A stretch of 64,000 nucleotides of DNA, taken from the human T2T-CHM13v2.0 reference genome, Homo sapiens. A program made the translations under genes and the position numbers. Under the pieces are notes generated by a model, which saw only the letters and a program-made list of their open reading frames with translations, made no database searches and had not been told where the DNA came from. Below are positions 59,996 to 64,000 of this stretch, piece by piece (position 1 is the first letter of the stretch; each line of letters opens with the position of its first letter). The stretch is from the NCBI RefSeq assembly GCF_009914755.1, contig NC_060937.1. The stretch is one strand, 5' to 3'.

Positions 59996-60165
59996 CATTG
60001 ACAATTAGAGTGGCAGTGAGGTTTTTAAACACATTTGACTGTTTTATGCTCAGCAAGATTGTATAATTCCCTGCATCCTCTTCAGTTACGTCCTTGATAA
60101 TTAACGAGTAGCCACGAGTCAAATAGCGAGCAGATTTCTCAGTCGCAGGTAACCCATCTTTTAAC
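59996..60165 (-). CDS. FLT1: FLT1 exon 9 (170 nt)
   Basis: CAG|G TTA AAA GAT; LKDGLPATEKSARYLTRGYSLIIKDVTEEDAGNYTILLSIKQSNVFKNLTATLIVN; donor G|GTAAGT. Not in the ORF track; read manually. Confidence 0.98.
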
Positions 60166-62292
60166 CTGTGGTTAAAAACATGATCAGTAAGTCATTTCAC
60201 ACGGCCTCTCAATATCACTTTGATAACACGGTCATTGAAGTTTTTGAGCTCAAGTTGACCAATTTCAAACCTTTGATCATCAGTGTTGATTTTTAAAATG
60301 TAGGCATTAACTTTTGAGTAAAGGCAGATATGATTTTTAGACTGGGTAACACTTCATATTTATTGGCAAGGAAGAAGAAATAAAGCGAGCGAAGATAGAA
60401 AAGCAGTAGCTTAGTGTGCCCACAGGCATACTGGTGGCCACTGTGACTTAAGTATTAACCCAGAAGCAGGGGCTCTGATTCCATCCGAGATGTTTTTCAG
60501 AGTTTTCCACGAGGCTCCATCAGCAGTATAAGGGCCATTGTAAGTCAGATCAAGTAGATCACTTCTCCAGATAAAAATAAAAATAGACTTTTCTATTGTG
60601 GTCTCATGTGGAGTTCTTATTAGTTTTATAAATGGTCACACCAGTTGTCCCTTTCATAAACTAGAGTGAAATCAAGACTATCAAGATTTTTCCTCTGAGG
60701 AAGAACAGTTAAGGCACAGAAAAAAAAAAACAGAAAGCATAAACTTAAAGAAATTTTAAAAACGTATTAAATACTGAATCGATGCATTGATATCACTCTG
60801 TTGCACACAGAACTGAGAGTCAGAGGCTTGGGTGCTTGACCTGGCTCTGCTACTCACTGCAGGCTGCTGCAAATGTGACTAACCAGTTTGGGCTCCAATT
60901 TTCTCAAATTTTCTAGAGGTTCTCAAAGTTTCCTTATAACTCTAAAATTCTATGATTTCATTAAAATGCATGGTTCTTTAAATAGGCAGTTTTAATCCAT
61001 TAGGAGTTTCTTGTGTTCTGTATAAAGGTTTAATATTGGGAACTTAGTTCATTATCATGCATGATTATAAAGTCCTACAAACAAATTCCCATTACTAGTG
61101 TGTCTCAGATCCAAAGTAATTAAAATGAGGATGCTACACTTTGTGATTACAAATATTGTCTTGGTATTACTTTAAATTATTTCCTACAACAAGTCAGCAT
61201 TTTTGACGGTGGATTGAATTTTTTTTTAATGCCCTTGCTACTTAGTTACTGAAGAAATCAACACTAACAGATGAGCGTGCCCTCAGACACTGGAAGAGTG
61301 AATGTACCTCCTGGAGTCATCAGATTACTATTCAATTTACTATTAAACCTAAAAATTTACTACTAAACGTTTTTGATATTCTGAAGCAAAAAAGATCATT
61401 TTTCTACTGCAATGGCATGAAGACATAGCACAAAGTTAAAATTTTCTCTTTAATTCCCTATTAAGTATTTGAGGGAACTGCAAACAAACACTGCCCTCAT
61501 ATGACATTGAAAGCCAAATCAGCTCTGGTTAGGGAGATTCTAAAATGGCACCACATCCCTATTGTATGGATTGTTTTGCTAATCAGTTTTGTACTATACC
61601 CTTTGTTTAAAATGTAATGACTTGAGCCAAAGATATTGGCATTTAACAGTAATTTTGTAAAATGATTGCAGATCATAAACAGATTACATTGTTTTACATC
61701 AGGTGTTGTACCAGTGTTTTAAAAAACAACTGCTGAAGGAGGTTTTGAATATGTATCTTTCTAGCCAAAAAAAACTTAATTAGTTCAAATAGGCCCCATC
61801 GTCCCCCTCTTCAAATGAGTAAGTCTTGTCTCTATTAATGTTTGTTTAATTTTAAAACAGGACTGGAACTTTCAACCCAGCTGTATATAAAAGAATTATT
61901 TTCAGCATTCTCATTACAAGAGCCCACTTCTTCAGGGTTAATAGAGCATGTTACATATTCAAAATGCTTCCTAGTCATTGCTCAACACATCCCATTCAAA
62001 GAATGTTGACATCATAGGAAGGTTTAGAGATGCAGAAAGTTAGCCACAGTAAGAGACTAGACTGAAGCGAGCACTCAAACAAACCTCATCTCTCGCTTAC
62101 CTTGCTACATTATTTCCTTTTCCCCAGCCCTTCTCACCTCCACCACCCAAGAATCTACAGAGTTCTGAGCTCTCTGGGGCTGTCTGAGGAACGTCTCTTG
62201 GTATTTTGTCAGGAATTCGAGTCATTAGGCTCTTGCAGCTTCCCACTTACAAAGTATGTCTTAAACTGTTATGGAAATAAGGATGGTCCTAC

Positions 62293-62410
62293 CATACAAC
62301 TTCCGGCGAGGGAAATGCCTTCACTTTCATAGAGAGCCGGTAAGACCGCTTGCCAGCTACGGTTTCAAGCACCTGCTGTTTTCGATGTTTCACAGTGATG
62401 AATGCTTTAT
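62293..62410 (-). CDS. FLT1: FLT1 exon 8 (118 nt)
   Basis: AG|AT AAA GCA...; DKAFITVKHRKQQVLETVAGKRSYRLSMKVKAFPSPEVVW; donor TG|GTAGGA. Confidence 0.98.
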
Positions 62411-63378
62411 CTTTGAAAGGAGAAGTGATACATACATTAGAAAAGAATAATTTCCATAAACAAAACCTTAGGGCCTCATTCAGGGAGGGTGTAATCAATG
62501 AGTAAATAAACAGAGCTGAATTATGATAGAGCCTATCAATGAGCCCAAATGTTGATCATGAATAGGATACTTTAAAAGCACTGTAATTGGTGAACGCCTT
62601 TCAAATCAAATGGTATCACGTCCTAGCCACATAAAACAGTGGCAGAGCAACAGAAAGTGAAACACCTTAAATATCTCTATCACAATAACAAAGAAGTGGG
62701 AAGATATTTCTAAAAATCTACCTGGCCACTATAAGCAAGGTGAGAAAAAGTTGCTCTGTACACCCTAAAACAACCAATTTGATATCAAAAATCAACTGGA
62801 GAAAGACAAAAGGAAATAAAGGCTACTGATAGAATTGTTCCATAGTTTCTGCCCTCCACACTGTTTCCTTTTCAGCAATGGAAATAAGGTCTTTAAGCAT
62901 TTTCTTTATAGAATTTGCATACTGAAATTAAGCAACAGCATTAGGATTCCTTGAGAGTAAAAGCAGGAATAAAATAGCATTAATTCTAAATGATTTAGCA
63001 TACCATATTTTTATTTCTCTAATTCATGGTAGTACCTGAGAAATTTTTCTTAGATAATAAAGATAAAACTCATCATCTTTTTCTGTTTTGTTTATACAGA
63101 ACACTAAGAATTTCATAAATATATTAGGTTCTAACCGAATTATTAGCCATAATAAGCATCTAAAGAAAGGACTCTCTGTTCAATTCAAAAGTATTAAATG
63201 TAAAGAGTACTTAATGTGGTTTGCTTTTTGACAGGGGGAGGAGGGAACCATGGCCAAGCTGTATTCATTCATGATAATGTAACTCTTGGCCAACAGAAAA
63301 CTGACTTATTTAGAGAACACAGACATCTACAATGATTAGAAAGCATAGCATGAGTTGGCAACGCTGAACTATGCTTAC

Positions 63379-63553
63379 CATATATATGCACTGAGGTGTT
63401 AACAGATTTGAATGATGGTCCACTCCTTACACGACAAGTATAAAGTCCTTTGTCTTTGTTCTGCATTTTGTCAATAGTAAGAACACTGTAGAATATGTTG
63501 GCATGGGAATTGCTTTGGTCAATTCGTCGCCTTACGGAAGCTCTCTTATTTTT
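63379..63553 (-). CDS. FLT1: FLT1 exon 7 (175 nt; Ig-like domain 3 C-terminal part)
   Basis: Acceptor tttctAG|AAA AAT AAG; translates KNKRASVRRRIDQSNSHANIFYSVLTIDKMQNKDKGLYTCRVRSGPSFKSVNTSVHIY; donor G|GTAAGC. Confidence 0.98.
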
Positions 63554-63759
63554 CTAGAAAGAAAATGTATAACAAATGTAGAAGGAGTGAGTGTTCATGC
63601 TTAAAGTTATATAGGATTTTAACATTTCTTAGATCATTAGTTCGACAACAGCTTCTGTTTTATACTAAGAATCATGTCAAATCCACCTAGAGCGTAATGT
63701 TTGGAAACTACATCTGTGTCTAGAGGTGCTTCAAATATGTAGCATAGCAGGATTTATTT

Positions 63760-63950
63760 AGCACTTAATTTTCTTCAAATACACTTTCACATATACTATC
63801 TCAATTGTTTGTCCCAACAACCTAATGAGATTGGCAGGCTGACTGCCCTTTTAGTGATGAAAAAACTGAAGGAAGTGATACCCTGGCCCAAGTTGGCTAG
63901 GAACTGAAGTTGTTTGAGCATAAATCTAGTGTCCTTCCTCTGGCACACAC
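63760..63950 (-). mobile_element. MIR fragment
   Basis: cactttcacatatactatctca...cccaacaacctaatgag...gatgaaaaaactgaagg. Confidence 0.6.
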
Positions 63951-64000
63951 ACCTCTCTACACAGTAACCTGTTCCCTAGGCATAGATATCGCACACAAAC

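Overview
Primate (apparently human) genomic DNA from inside FLT1 (VEGFR-1), on the minus strand. I identified it by translating the exons and recognising the VEGFR-1 Ig-domain peptides. The window holds exons 7-14 (Ig-like domains 3-7), with GT-AG boundaries and consistent phases; exon 15 and the TM/kinase exons lie beyond the low-coordinate edge. Five alternative 3' ends that give soluble decoy receptors can be read from the sequence: the intron-11 terminal exon (LPPANSS...), intron-13 read-through (sFLT1-i13, GEHCNKK...), intron-14 read-through (GKRLFF...), exon 15b (GSANTAVNKKTEI) and the poly-serine exon 15a. The introns are full of Alu, L1, L2, MIR, DNA-transposon and ERV1-LTR remnants plus microsatellites, and most ORFs in the supplied track are Alu or low-complexity artefacts. 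I see no new gene family or prokaryote-type system. The best leads are RNA-processing architecture: (1) an inverted-Alu-bracketed, stop-free exon 13-14 circle; (2) apparent MIR/L2/Alu origins of exons 15a and 15b; (3) competing Alu duplexes, a tandem stop codon and alternative reading frames at exon 15a; (4) a possible intron-7 short decoy. All repeat-family calls are by eye and need RepeatMasker/Dfam confirmation.
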